From Octopus bimaculoides (Eukaryota): a stretch of 55,196 nucleotides of DNA. Position numbers and translations under genes: made by a program. Of the stretch, positions 22,962 through 35,208 are shown piece after piece. The stretch spans positions 47,879,009 through 47,934,204 of the forward strand of contig NC_068996.1 in the NCBI RefSeq assembly GCF_001194135.2, given 5' to 3'. The stretch's first letter is position 1. Each line of letters opens with the position of its first letter. The notes under the pieces were generated by a model. The model saw only the letters and a list, made by a program, of their open reading frames with translations. It was not told where the DNA came from and ran no database searches.

Positions 22962-24063
22962 CAGGGTGTCCCAAAATTAAGGCGACCGAAGTTTCGGCTT
23001 TTAATAACTATCAGTAACTGTGATAAGATATGTAAATTATACATCATTACAAAACCTTAGTGTCTTCCTTTTGTTTCGGATAAAATAAATTCAGATTTAT
23101 AAATTAGATAATGGTGGCAGACCGAACTGCAATCATAACCTTCCACAAAGGAGGCGAAATTGATACAGCAACAGCAAAAAGCTTAAAAGTAACCAAATGG
23201 CAGTCTGGAAAATAGTTTAAAATTTTCAAGAGACCGGTTCCACCACTGATCGAGCTGGAAGTGGCTGAAAAAGAAGAGTGCGGATCCTTCAGCCTATCAA
23301 AAGTACCGGAGAGAAGATACGGCGAAATCCTCGCCGTTCTGTCAGAAAATTGGTTACCACAGCAAAAATAAGCTGAACATCAATATATCGAGTGCTGAAG
23401 GGGTATTTCAGGAACCACCCCTATATGATGATCCGTCGTCATGAGCTCTCGTAAGTTTACAAGGCCATGAGACTGGAGAGAAGCCGTCTTATCCTGCGTC
23501 AGATTGCTGAAGACATGCTGCCCAACCTGGTGTTCACTGACGAAAAGAAATTTGACGTTGAACAGACAGTAAACCACCTGAAAGACCGACTTTGGAGAGT
23601 ATTCTGGAAGCTGAATTGCTTCCATGGGCGAATGAACACTTTCAAGGCGCACCTTCCCACAGCACTAAGCAGACACAACATTAGATTCAGGAAAGTATAC
23701 TATCGTACATAGGCAAGAATGTATAGTCCCCAAGAAGTCCCGATCTCAACCCGTTGGATTTTTCTTTTTGGCTCATTTTGGAGACGAGAGTTGTGAGCAC
23801 TCCTCATGCTTTGCTTGACACTATGAAGGCAAAATTGAACAAGGAATGGGCTTCGATTCCACAAGAACAGTTGCGTGTCGCGTGTGGAACATTCTCAACA
23901 TTCTTAAAGCTGTGATTCGAAACAGGTGGTTATATCGAATAAATGTAGTTGTCATAATTTTCACTTACCATTGCATTGCAACGCTCGGACCCCCTGAAAT
24001 ATAACTATGCTTTACTTTGGCAAAATTCAAATAAGCTGCTTGTCTTAATTTTTGGACACCCTG
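22962..24063 (+). mobile_element. Tc1/mariner element, maT/DD37D-like, both TIRs present, internally deleted transposase pseudogene
   Basis: TA|CAGGGTGTCCCAAAATTAAG ... CTTAATTTTTGGACACCCTG|TA; KIRRNPRRSVRKL, FTDEKKFDVEQ, SPDLNPLDFSFW..LETRV. The second Asp region is missing, so the subfamily is inferred from motifs. Confidence 0.85.
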
Positions 24064-24072
24064 TATGTGTGC

Positions 24073-24129
<57 letters not shown>

Positions 24130-24548
24130 TATGTATATATAAACATTTTGTGTCCGGAGAGTGCCATTCAGTTTTTATACATATATATATAAATACACAC
24201 ACACACACATAAATGAAAATGCATTAAATACTAGAAAACGTAGACAGACACAGAAGGGCCCTAATTCTTCATCGGTTATATATATANNNNNNNNNNNNNN
24301 NNNNNNNNNNNNNNNNNNNNNNNNNNNNNNNNNNNNNNNNNNNNNNNNNNNNNNNNNNNNNNNNNNNNNNNNNNNNNNNNNNNNNNNNNNNNNNNNNNNN
24401 NNNNNNNNNNNNNNNNNNNNNNNNNNNNNNNNNNNNNNNNNNNNNNNNNNNNNNNNNNNNNNNNNNNNNNNNNNNNNNNNNNNNNNNNNNNNNNNNNNNN
24501 NNNNNNNNNNNNNNNNNNNNNNNNNNNNNNNNNNNNNNNNNNNNNNNN

Positions 24549-25187
24549 GGTTAGAGGGCATCCAAAGGCAGGTAAATTACTGTTTAAACCATAGTTTATA
24601 ATTATATTTATGTGGAGAATGGAGCAACAAATACAAGAAGAAGCAATTCGGCTGGGCTAGTTAGCCGTTGTTTTATTATGTTGAGGTTATGTAATGAGTC
24701 AGTGTGGATGTTTTGCAATTATTCATTTACGCACGTTTCAATCTAGCCAATGGTTTGGCAGATCTCTTCAGAATGTTGAGGAGTATGTTAAGAGTTCATA
24801 TATAATATATATATATATATACATAGACATGTTTATATACATACATATAGACTTATACAAATATATACATACACATAATACATATATATATACATATATG
24901 CATACATATATATATGTATATACATATATATGTATATATATGTATATACATNNNNNNNNNNTCCTGGGAATTACCTGTGCGGGTACCGTCTTGGTTAGAG
25001 GGCATCCAAAGGCAGGTAAATTACTGTTTAAACCATAGTTTATAATTATATTTATGTGGAGAATGGAGCAACAAATACAAGAAGCAATTCTGTTGGGCTA
25101 GTTAGCCGTTGTTTTATTATGTTGAGGTTATGTAATGAGTCATTGTGGATGTTATGCAATTATTCATTTACGCACGTTTCAATCTAG
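24549..25187 (+). repeat. ~200-bp direct duplication (24549-24746 and 24992-25187) on either side of a 10-N gap
   Basis: Near-identical GGTTAGAGGGCATCC..TTTCAATCTAGC with a few substitutions and a 3-bp indel. Confidence 0.85.
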
Positions 25188-25281
25188 CGTTAGGAAGGGC
25201 ATCCAGCTGTAGAAACTCTGCTAAATTAGATTGGAGCCTGGTGTAGCCATCCGGTTGCACCAGTCCTCAGTCAAATCGTCC
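25188..25281 (+). mobile_element. Fragment of the retroposon family also seen at 40641-40943
   Basis: GTTAGGAAGGGCATCCAGCTGTAGAAA..GGAGCCTGGTGTAGCC..GTCAAATCGTCCA. Confidence 0.6.
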
Positions 25282-25744
25282 ANNNNNNNNNNNNNNNNNN
25301 NNNNNNNNNNNNNNNNNNNNNNNNNNNNNNNNNNNNNNNNNNNNNNNNNNNNNNNNNNNNNNNNNNNNNNNNNNNNNNNNNNNNNNNNNNNNNNNNNNNN
25401 NNNNNNNNNNNNNNNNNNNNNNNNNNNNNNNNNNNNNNNNNNNNNNNNNNNNNNNNNNNNNNNNNNNNNNNNNNNNNNNNNNNNNNNNNNNNNNNNNNNN
25501 NNNNNNNNNNNNNNNNNNNNNNNNNNNNNNNNNNNNNNNNNNNNNNNNNNNNNNNNNNNNNNNNNNNNNNNNNNNNNNNNNNNNNNNNNNNNNNNNNNNN
25601 NNNNNNNNNNNNNNNNNNNNNNNNNNNNNNNNNNNNNNNNNNNNNNNNNNNNNNATATATATATATATATATAATGATATAAATAATATACATACGTATA
25701 TGTACATACTTACATCTATACGTATATATATGCGTATGTTGGCA

Positions 25745-26350
25745 CAGGACGTCACGAAACGTGTACAACAAAAAAATACGAAGTACGAGTACATATTCCT
25801 ATATGAAGTATTTTTTCGAACAACGAAAGACACAAAAAGAAAACAAGACAAACAACATAAAGAACGACCCTTCATTGGTTGTTGGCTGTTTTTCTACTCT
25901 CGTATTTCGAGAATTTAACAACAATATACGCTTTCGATAAAACAGTTGCTCCCACGAAGTAAATTAAATGAAATTTGGGATTTTGTGGAGGGTCAAAATA
26001 GCTAACACAAATAGGACAGTGAAAACAAACAGGAAGGGCAGCTAAGCCTAAACGAGGTTGTGGTGGTGAACGCGTAAATAAAACTAGGACGAGACAGACA
26101 AGAACACGTCTTCCATGTTCCAGCTACAACAGAAAGAAAGAAACACAAGTTAGGAGAAGGAAGAAAGATAGCCAATGGTCACGTGGGAGCCACGTGAGCA
26201 AGGGAGAAGGAGTGAGGGAGAGAGAGTGACAGAGTAATAGGATAGAATAGTGGAAGAAGAGTAGGTAAAAAAAATTAGAGACAGAAAGAGACAAAAAAAA
26301 CATGGGCGGATTAAATGGTGAGCTGCGATCACAGCTCCACTAAGGTAACG
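25745..26350 (-). mobile_element. Penelope-like terminal-repeat-type dispersed repeat
   Basis: 25745-25960 is homologous to 5175-5400; extension to 26350 is tentative. Confidence 0.45.
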
Positions 26351-26422
26351 TTGTGTACTTCTTACTCTAGTAATTCTAAAAAATATATATAGTAATTTGT
26401 ATAATAATATCGTTGTTATTTT

Positions 26423-27174
26423 AAAAGGGTAAAGACCTCCTTCGGTCATGAATGACCATGGGATTTCACCTAGGAAATACCCCTCTGAGGCACAAATCCG
26501 GGCAGGGTTGTTTATGGAAGACCAGCAGTCACCCATGCATACCAACCGCCCCTCTCCCCACTACTGATGTTATCCAAGTGAAAGGCGAATACAGCTTGGC
26601 ACCAGTGACGTCACAACTCATTTCTACAGCTGAGTGAACTGGAACAACGTGCAATAAAGTGTCTTGCTCAAGAACACAACACACAGCCTAATCCAGAAAG
26701 TGACATTGCTTTTCTACGAGAGTTCCGGGCCCTAGTAATGAACTCATTTGCATACAGCCAATCAGAGCTCAACTTGACCTTGTTGTCAAGTTAACAAACA
26801 CACTATACCAAGTAAACTCAAGATGAAGAATGGTGTTGTTAGTCGACCGATCGCAAAGTTATGCCTGATTTTAGACGACAAGTAATTAGATAGCTTTGCA
26901 TTTATACCTATTATCGGATTTTGTTTGGGCCCTATATGATAACGATGTGGATGGGGAAAATGTGGGTACCTAAATGACCTTATCTTATCGCCATTCACTC
27001 GATATGCGCTCATAAGTTAGTTTGATAGTTGAGCTCTGATTGGCTGTATGCAAATGAGTTCATAACTGGGGTCCCGAACTCTCCTGGGAAAAATAAAATT
27101 CGCATCCGGGAATCCAACTCACAACCCCAATATTGCAAGCCCGATACTCTAACCACTGCGTCATGCGCTTTCAC
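26423..27174 (-). mobile_element. SINE family C split by a ~410-bp insertion (26695-27103)
   Basis: Head GTGAAAGCGCATGACGCAGTGGTTAGAGTATCGGGC..GAGTTGGATTCCCGG at 27104-27174; body and tail at 26423-26694; ATCC repeated at both junctions. Confidence 0.8.
26718..27083. mobile_element. MITE-like insert with 57-bp inverted repeats (26718-26774 / 27027-27083)
   Basis: Perfect 37-bp core ATGAACTCATTTGCATACAGCCAATCAGAGCTCAACT present in inverted orientation. Confidence 0.75.
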
Positions 27175-27571
27175 ATTGTTCCAAAGATTAAAATTGTTAC
27201 TTTATTCACTGTATAATCCAATTAAGTCATGCCAAAAGCAAATGTACGAAGACAAATTCTAAAGTTTGTCTGGTGCTGAAAATTTGCAAAATTTATAAGA
27301 TTACTGAAAACTAATTGAAGTGACGATAAATGACACAAATATTACATTTATCGGAATGCGTTAAAATAATTGCAAATTTCTTCACATAGAGCAAAAGTCA
27401 AACTACCAATTATGAAAGATGGCGGGTGGGGCGTTTCTTATCTTTGCTACAAACTCCAAAGAACTGTCGTAAGAAATAAAATAATTTGGTGTTAACTTGT
27501 AGTTGTTCAAAAATTAAATGGATTTGTATAGTGAAAGTAGTTAATCTTACTCTTTCTTTCTTTCTCTCCTC

Positions 27572-27607
<36 letters not shown>

Positions 27608-27614
27608 CGCTCTT

Positions 27615-27657
<43 letters not shown>

Positions 27658-28103
27658 ATGTACATTTAAACACAAAAGAGGCGACCTTAACAGGACGCCT
27701 TACATGCTAGAAGGAACAGTCNNNNNNNNNNNNNNNNNNNNNNNNNNNNNNNNNNNNNNNNNNNNNNNNNNNNNNNNNNNNNNNNNNNNNNNNNNNNNNN
27801 NNNNNNNNNNNNNNNNNNNNNNNNNNNNNNNNNNNNNNNNNNNNNNNNNNNNNNNNNNNNNNNNNNNNNNNNNNNNNNNNNNNNNNNNNNNNNNNNNNNN
27901 NNNNNNNNNNNNNNNNNNNNNNNNNNNNNNNNNNNNNNNNNNNNNNNNNNNNNNNNNNNNNNNNNNNNNNNNNNNNNNNNNNNNNNNNNNNNNNNNNNNN
28001 NNNNNNNNNNNNNNNNNNNNNNNNNNNNNNNNNNNNNNNNNNNNNNNNNNNNNNNNNNNNNNNNNNNCAGGTAGAACATTTTTTTAAATTTTCCTGCCCT
28101 TTA

Positions 28104-28153
<50 letters not shown>

Positions 28154-28719
28154 TTGCTATTATGCAAAAATAGTTTCACCATTCTATAACAAAACCATTG
28201 TACTACACTTTGACAATTTTTGACATCTTGGCATCTGAAGCTCCTGGAGATATGATAGTTTGACCAAAAGAACCGGCTATTGCAAGCCAAAATTAATATT
28301 GACAAAAAAGGCATTTGGCCAAATTTGGACATACGACAGTTTGATATAATAGCAACGATACACACAGATACACACACACATGAATACTTATAATTATATC
28401 TATATAATTATATATGAATATGAACATGTATAAATTTATATGAATAAATATTTACGGGTGCTTTTTTGTGTGTATATATATATATACATATACAAAAGCA
28501 CACACACATATATATGTATTTATAATATATTTTATATATGAATATTTACAATTATCTATATAAGTATTCATATACATTTATATGTATGTCTGTATGTATG
28601 TTTATGTATGTGTGTGTGTGTGTGTATTTATGCATGTATATACACACATGTATTTGACATTGGTATCACAGAAGGTGCTCAGTACTACCCAGTGCAGATT
28701 CCTTGATATTTACTGGAAG

Positions 28720-28936
28720 CATGGTGACGATTTGCCCGAAACGTTAGCACGCCGGGCAAAATGTTTGGCAGCATTCCGTCCGTTTTTACGTTCTGAGTTC
28801 AAATTCTGCTGAGGTCGACTTCACCTTTCATCCTTTCGCGGTCGACGAAATAAGCTTCAGTTGAGCACTGGGGTCAATTTAATCGACTAACCTCCTACCC
28901 CGGAATTGCTGGCCTTGTGCCAAAATTGTGAAAGCA
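28720..28936 (+). mobile_element. SINE family B
   Basis: Head, B box, central motif and tail GGCCTTGTGCCAAAATT. Confidence 0.85.
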
Positions 28937-29099
28937 TCATCTACTGGCAACCGTCGCCTGGTAAATCATTAAAACAAGAACAATCATAAAATCCTTACAC
29001 ACGCGCACGCGCACAAACATCCTTTTCATTTCTTGTTGCTGCCATTATCGTCATTATTGTTATTGCTGACGCTTTTTTGTTCAATATCGTTTCTTTCGT

Positions 29100-29335
29100 A
29101 AGGTGGCGAGCTGGCAGAAACGTTAGCACGCCGGGCGAAATGCTTGGCGGTATTTCGTCTGCTGTTACATTCTGAGTTCAAATTCCGCCGAGGTCGACTT
29201 CGCCTTTTATCCTTTCGGGGTCGATAAATTAAGTACCAGTTACGCACTGAGGTAGATGTAATCGACTTAATCCCTTTGTCTGTCCTTGTTTGTCCCCTCT
29301 ATGTTTGGCCCCTTGTGGGCAATAAAGAAATAAGA
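29100..29335 (+). mobile_element. SINE family B, well-preserved copy with a LINE-type 57-bp tail
   Basis: Tail TTGTCTGTCCTTGTTTGTCCCCTCTATGTTTGGCCCCTTGTGGGCAATAAAGAAATA (29276-29332). Confidence 0.9.
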
Positions 29336-29400
29336 AACGTGGTGCACCAGCATGACCGCAACCACTTGGCTGAAACACATAAATAAATAAATAAATAAAT

Positions 29401-29588
29401 ACCGGGCGGAAAGCTTAGCGGCATTTCGTCTGACTTTACGTTCTGAGTTCAAATTCCGCCGACTTCGACTTTGCCTTTCATCCTTTCGGTGTCGATAAAT
29501 CAAGTACCAGTTGCGTACTGGGGTCTTTTCTAATCGACGGGCCCCCTTCCTCCAAAATTTGGGGCTTGTGCCTAGAGTACAAAAGAAT
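29401..29588 (+). mobile_element. SINE family B, 5'-truncated
   Basis: Homology to the family consensus. Confidence 0.85.
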
Positions 29589-32081
29589 ACCGTTTCTTTC
29601 ATCTTTCTAAGGAATTCTCTGTGGAGTTTTATGACCAGATTCATCTATAAACTTTTGAGGGTTTTTTTTCTAATTTATTATTGTTTGCTTTTGTTTTGAG
29701 AAGAAAAATTAACTTCAAGCAACATTTTAAAAACATTATTTTAAAACATTGTTTTCTAAATCTGTGAGTGCACCATTGAAAAGTAGAGGACGTGTTCATT
29801 GCCGTCCGGCTCTCACTTTTAAGCAGCTCCTTATTGCCCCATTTTTGTTCGACGTCCCTGGACCTTTCCAACATCTTTGGGAAACACAAATTTAAATATA
29901 TTTTAAAAATCAGTGCAGCTGATGGTGTTGGTGGAGCTAGTGGTGCTGGTGTTGCTAATGCTGTTACTGTAATTGTTATCATTACGCTTATGTTAATTTT
30001 GTTGTTGCTGCTTAGCCTCAGGTCAGACGTGATGAAGCAGACTTATGATCAAAGCGGTCACGGTGTTAGTAATTAATTACAAAAATATAAAAAGTAAAAT
30101 GATTTCTAATTCATTAAGAGAAAAAAAAATGCTAATTTAATGCACGTAAGTTAATGAATAAATTCAACAAATGGTCAATATTTTGATGTTATGCTGGTAC
30201 TATTTCTTCGTGCATTTCAACTTCAATGTATACACTTAACGCACGATGTTATGTAATTGATTTCCTTGATTGATTATAAATCATGTCTGATTATATATCA
30301 TGTCAAAATGGCAAATTAGAATCCTGCCTTTTGTTCTGTGGTGAAGGGTGTACCGCTTGTTATATAATTCGTGCGTTGTGACCTCAGTTTGTTTCGAATT
30401 AATGTATAAAACAATAAAACAGTATTAATGCTTGTATGTTCGTATCTATGTGTGTATATATGTGTGTGTATATGTGTGTGTGTATGTGTGTGTATGTGTG
30501 TGTGTGTATGTGTACTTAATTATTTGTAGGATTCGTTTGAATCAAGGTATCTTAATATTAAGGAAACTAGACGAGGTTCGAGATATGCACATTCATATAT
30601 ATATACCATATGCAAACACATTTGTATATGCCCATACATATACAGACATAGCCATACATTTACGCGCGAACACACACACACACATATGCTTACATATATA
30701 AATATACACAGGTGCATGCATGTATGCATATGTATATGTATTTATATTACATATATAGTCATATATATATATATATATATATAAATATATANNNNNNNNN
30801 NNNNNNNNNNNNNNNNNNNNNNNNNNNNNNNNNNNNNNNNNNNNNNNNNNNNNNNNNNNNNNNNNNNNNNNNNNNNNNNNNNNNNNNNNNNNNNNNNNNN
30901 NNNNNNNNNNNNNNNNNNNNNNNNNNNNNNNNNNNNNNNNNNNNNNNNNNNNNNNNNNNNNNNNNNNNNNNNNNNNNNNNNNNNNNNNNNNNNNNNNNNN
31001 NNNNNNNNNNNNNNNNNNNNNNNNNNNNNNNNNNNNNNNNNNNNNNNNNNNNNNNNNNNNNNNNNNNNNNNNNNNNNNNNNNNNNNNNNNNNNNNNNNNN
31101 NNNNNNNNNNNNNNNNNNNNNNNNNNNNNNNNNNNNNNNNNNNNNNNNNNNNNNNNNNNNNNNNNNNNNNNNNNNNNNNNNNNNNNNNNNNNNNNNNNNN
31201 NNNNNNNNNNNNNNNNNNNNNNNNNNNNNNNNNNNNNNNNNNNNNNNNNNNNNNNNNNNNNNNNNNNNNNNNNNNNNNNNNNNNNNNNNNNNNNNNNNNN
31301 NNNNNNNNNNNNNNNNNNNNNNNNNNNNNNNNNNNNNNNNNNNNNNNNNNNNNNNNNNNNNNNNNNNNNNNNNNNNNNNNNNNNNNNNNNNNNNNNNNNN
31401 NNNNNNNNNNNNNNNNNNNNNNNNNNNNNNNNNNNNNNNNNNNNNNNNNNNNNNNNNNNNNNNNNNNNNNNNNNNNNNNNNNNNNNNNNNNNNNNNNNNN
31501 NNNNNNNNNNNNNNNNNNNNNNNNNNNNNNNNNNNNNNNNNNNNNNNNNNNNNNNNNNNNNNNNNNNNNNNNNNNNNNNNNNNNNNNNNNNNNNNNNNNN
31601 NNNNNNNNNNNNNNNNNNNNNNNNNNNNNNNNNNNNNNNNNNNNNNNNNNNNNNNNNNNNNNNNNNNNNNNNNNNNNNNNNNNNNNNNATATATATATGT
31701 ATGTATGTATGTTTGTATGTATTTATGTGTATGTATAAATATCTTGATGTTATAGAAACAGAAATTGAAATACATACATTCTACCATTCTATATTCCTAT
31801 ATACATTTTGTCATTCTGTATATCCTTTTCTCTGTTATGGATCCAAGTCGCTTGCGGAAGCATACTTAGGTTAATACACATACACCGGGCTTCATCGGCA
31901 GGTGAAAGAGTGAACATCGGCCTATATACTTTACAGATCTTTAACGATTAGTTCTATTATTTAACATGCGGTCTATGTCGAGATAATAAACTGTATATAC
32001 ATGGAATAGAATATGAATGTCTAAAAATTAAATTCAGAACTAATCTATTTGAATTATTATAGATTTAAATTAAAACATTAG

Positions 32082-32312
32082 AAATATAAGTGTCTTGAAT
32101 GGCACAGCAATGCAGAGTGGACTATAATAATTGTTATAATTTAATTATCCATAGTCTGATATAATAATATTTCAAAATATAAAAATTCCTAGCGATATCT
32201 GAAGAAGGAATGTTTGTATTCCGAAATATTATTATATCAGACTATGGATAATTAAATTATAGCAATTATAGTCCACTCTGCATTGTTGTGCCATTCAAGA
32301 CACGTTATATTT
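32082..32312. repeat. ~90-bp-arm inverted repeat with a hammerhead-like core spanning the loop (32194-32238, +)
   Basis: Arms 32082-32173 and 32223-32312 differ by 2 substitutions and 2 indels; GATAT-CTGAAGA-A-GGAAT gtttgt ATTCC-GAAA-TATTATT-ATATC. Confidence 0.8.
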
Positions 32313-32811
32313 TACAAACAATACACAATGCTTCAAGCGAACTACAATACTGTCCTAAAACATTAGAATTGAAATAATTTCAATAAAATTAATTTTCTAG
32401 ATATTATTTTAGACTTAAAAACAAATAAATCGTTTATATAAACCAATAAAATAACAATATGCAATACATGTATTTTATATTCACATTGAATTTTTTTTTT
32501 AATATTTGTTTCCTCATAGATGTTATTGCACGAAACTATATTTCTACAAATATTTTATACTGCGACGGCAAAATGTATCAACTCTGAACGTGTGTTCAAT
32601 ATGCAACATTTACAAACAATACACTCAGTCTCTTTGAAAGGCAAAGCTCACAATTGCTAATGCTCAGTCTATAATGTCTAGGAAAAATCTCCTGCATGCC
32701 ATATTAATAGTTTTGCAAAAAATTATATTAATAGACGCTTATCGTGTTTTTCAACCTATAGATTTTTTTTACGGCAAACTAACCCTTACCACTATGAAGC
32801 AACAAAATGAA

Positions 32812-33535
32812 GAGGGTGTGTGGTAAGAAGCTTGCTTCTCAACCACATGGTTCCGGGTTCAGTCCCACTGCATGGCACCTTGGGCAAGTGTCATCTACTA
32901 TAGTTCGGGTCGACCAAAGTTTTGTGAGTGGATTTGGGAGACGGAAACTGAAAGAAGCCTGAATTAAACTGTACCTGCTAATTTTATATTAATTAAATAA
33001 GAATAGATATAATAGAACAATATGACATTTTTACCAATTATATCTACTTGAGCTTTATTGTATTTAATACTCCAGAAGAATATATTGTTTTACATCTCCA
33101 TTATACACAACCTTACTCCCCTTCTAAGGGCTCTACCATTTTTTATACTATGTTTTTTATGTATTAATTTTACCAGTTAACGATTTGCAGCCGTTTCTTC
33201 AACATGAGAAAATTGAACACCTATTTTGTATATATTTATCTACCTCTGAAGAAATTTGATTCTCAAATAATTTTTAATTTGATCAATAATTTTCTGAAAG
33301 AGCTGTAAGGGATGTTTGTCAATTTTTTAATTAATAAATAATAATTTATTAAGTACTTCTTTATTCTCTTATCTTATTATCATAATAAAGAAAATATATA
33401 TAAACCACGGTTTATATAGTTTCTTTGCAGCTGAGTATTAACTGTAATGTTCAATATTCTTTGTATAGGTAACTAACCTGTACTTTCAAAGGATTTTGCT
33501 ATCTCTGAATGAGGTTTGTAACCTCTAATTGTGCT

Positions 33536-33608
<73 letters not shown>

Positions 33609-33835
33609 GTGTATTTGTGTGTGTATTTGTGTGTCTGTGTTTGTCCCCCACCATCGCCTGACAACAGTTGTTGATGTGTTTACAGCCCTGAAACTTAACG
33701 GTTCGGCAAAAGAGAACGATAAAATAAGTACCAAGCTTACAAAGAATAAGACCTGGGGTCGATTTGTTCGACTAAAGTGGTGCTCCAGCATGGTCGCAGT
33801 CAAATGCCTGAAACAAATAAAAGAATAAAAGAATA
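32812..33835 (+). mobile_element. SINE family A split by a ~575-bp AT-rich insertion (5' half 32812-32959, 3' half ~33537-33835)
   Basis: 5' half GTGTGGTAAG..GGTTCAGTCCCACTG..GAAACTGAAAGAAGCC; 3' half resumes at the internal (TA)(TG) tract. Confidence 0.75.
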
Positions 33836-34882
33836 GAGCTAAAATTATTTATATAAAGTAATATCAGTTCTCATACAGCTAAATATAGGAAACAAAAACC
33901 ATTTGAATCATCGCCCCATTCAATGTCAATATGAGTACACATAACCTTAACCAGTTCTTTTGCTTTTTAGATAAACATTTTCCGAAGATTTATAAATATT
34001 ATAAAATGTTTATCAGAAATAATTTTAAGTAAAGCATTAGCTGTGGGTGCTCATGTTCTGAAACCAAAATGACAAACACTTGTAGCAAATATCTATGAAA
34101 GCAAAATCAAATGCTTACACCAAGTTATTCAGCCCATGTGATTGTTCAATAAATAAATCATGCGATTTGAGATCGATAATTTACAGATCCAAAGCATCTT
34201 TCAAGTGGGTTAATTGAAAATAATTTTAAGACATTTTACTCAGTATCAATATTCTTTTAAGTGTTCGGCAAGACCCTCAGGCAAAAGTTTATCAAAAATG
34301 CAAGTGATATCAGAAATATAACATTAGTGGAATATAATCAAACAAGCTAAACATTATAAACTGAGCATTAGCAATTATGAGTTTTGCCTTTCAAAGAAAT
34401 TGAATATATTGCTTTATAAATGTTCCATATTAAACACACGATCAGAGTTGATACATTTTGTTCTCACAATATAAAATACCTGTAGAAACATAGTCATGCA
34501 GTACATTACTCTGCGATCTAAAAAGAAGCAATTTCGTTTTGTTTTAGTCGTGCATATCATCGTGAATATAAATATCATTATTTTTGTTGTCATATATTAA
34601 AAAAGCAAAAGAGCAATCGACAAGTAGAGTTATTCAGTGCTGTTCAAACTACATGGTTTTCATAAAAATTATTTATATACAGGATAAATTATAAAAACGT
34701 CCATTATCGTTATTATTGCCACAACATTTATTTCCCATTCGCCCCCACCACCACCACCATCAGTATCACAAGATTCCCCGCATAAGCCACAGCTACTAAT
34801 TTTATACTTCGAAATGGCAAGCTCTACCATCCACCACCACAACCTCAAACTATATGCCCTACCAGCATTACATTCATTGTGT

Positions 34883-35083
34883 AGGCAGTGAGCTGTCAGA
34901 ATCGATACTGCATCGAACAAAATGCTCAGCGGCATCTCTTCCGACTTTATGTTCTGAGTCCAAATTCTGCCGAGGTCGGCTTTGCCTTTTTGAGATCGAT
35001 AAGATTAGTAACCACCGCCTGAGCGCTGGCCTCGGCGTACCCTCTTTCTTTAAAATGATGACTTTGTGCAAAAATTTGAAACC
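34883..35083 (+). mobile_element. Divergent SINE family B
   Basis: GGCAGTGAGCTGTCAGAATCG..TTCTGAGTCCAAATTCTGCCGAGGTCGGCTTTGCC..CTTTGTGCAAAAATTTGAAACC. Confidence 0.75.
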
Positions 35084-35174
35084 GATTCTACACTCATCAT
35101 CACAATCATATGTTGAATGCTTGAAAATCGCTAAAACATGAAACTGATATGAATACATATGTGTGTTTTGCGTG

Positions 35175-35208
<34 letters not shown>

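Noticed and set aside
27175-27290. Peptide FQRLKLLLYSLYNPIKS..LSGAE faintly resembling the missing tubulin continuation (YPRIHFPLATYAPVIS..LSVAE)
   Set aside because: Too few identities, an in-frame stop, no downstream tubulin motifs, and 16 kb from the pseudogene; likely chance.
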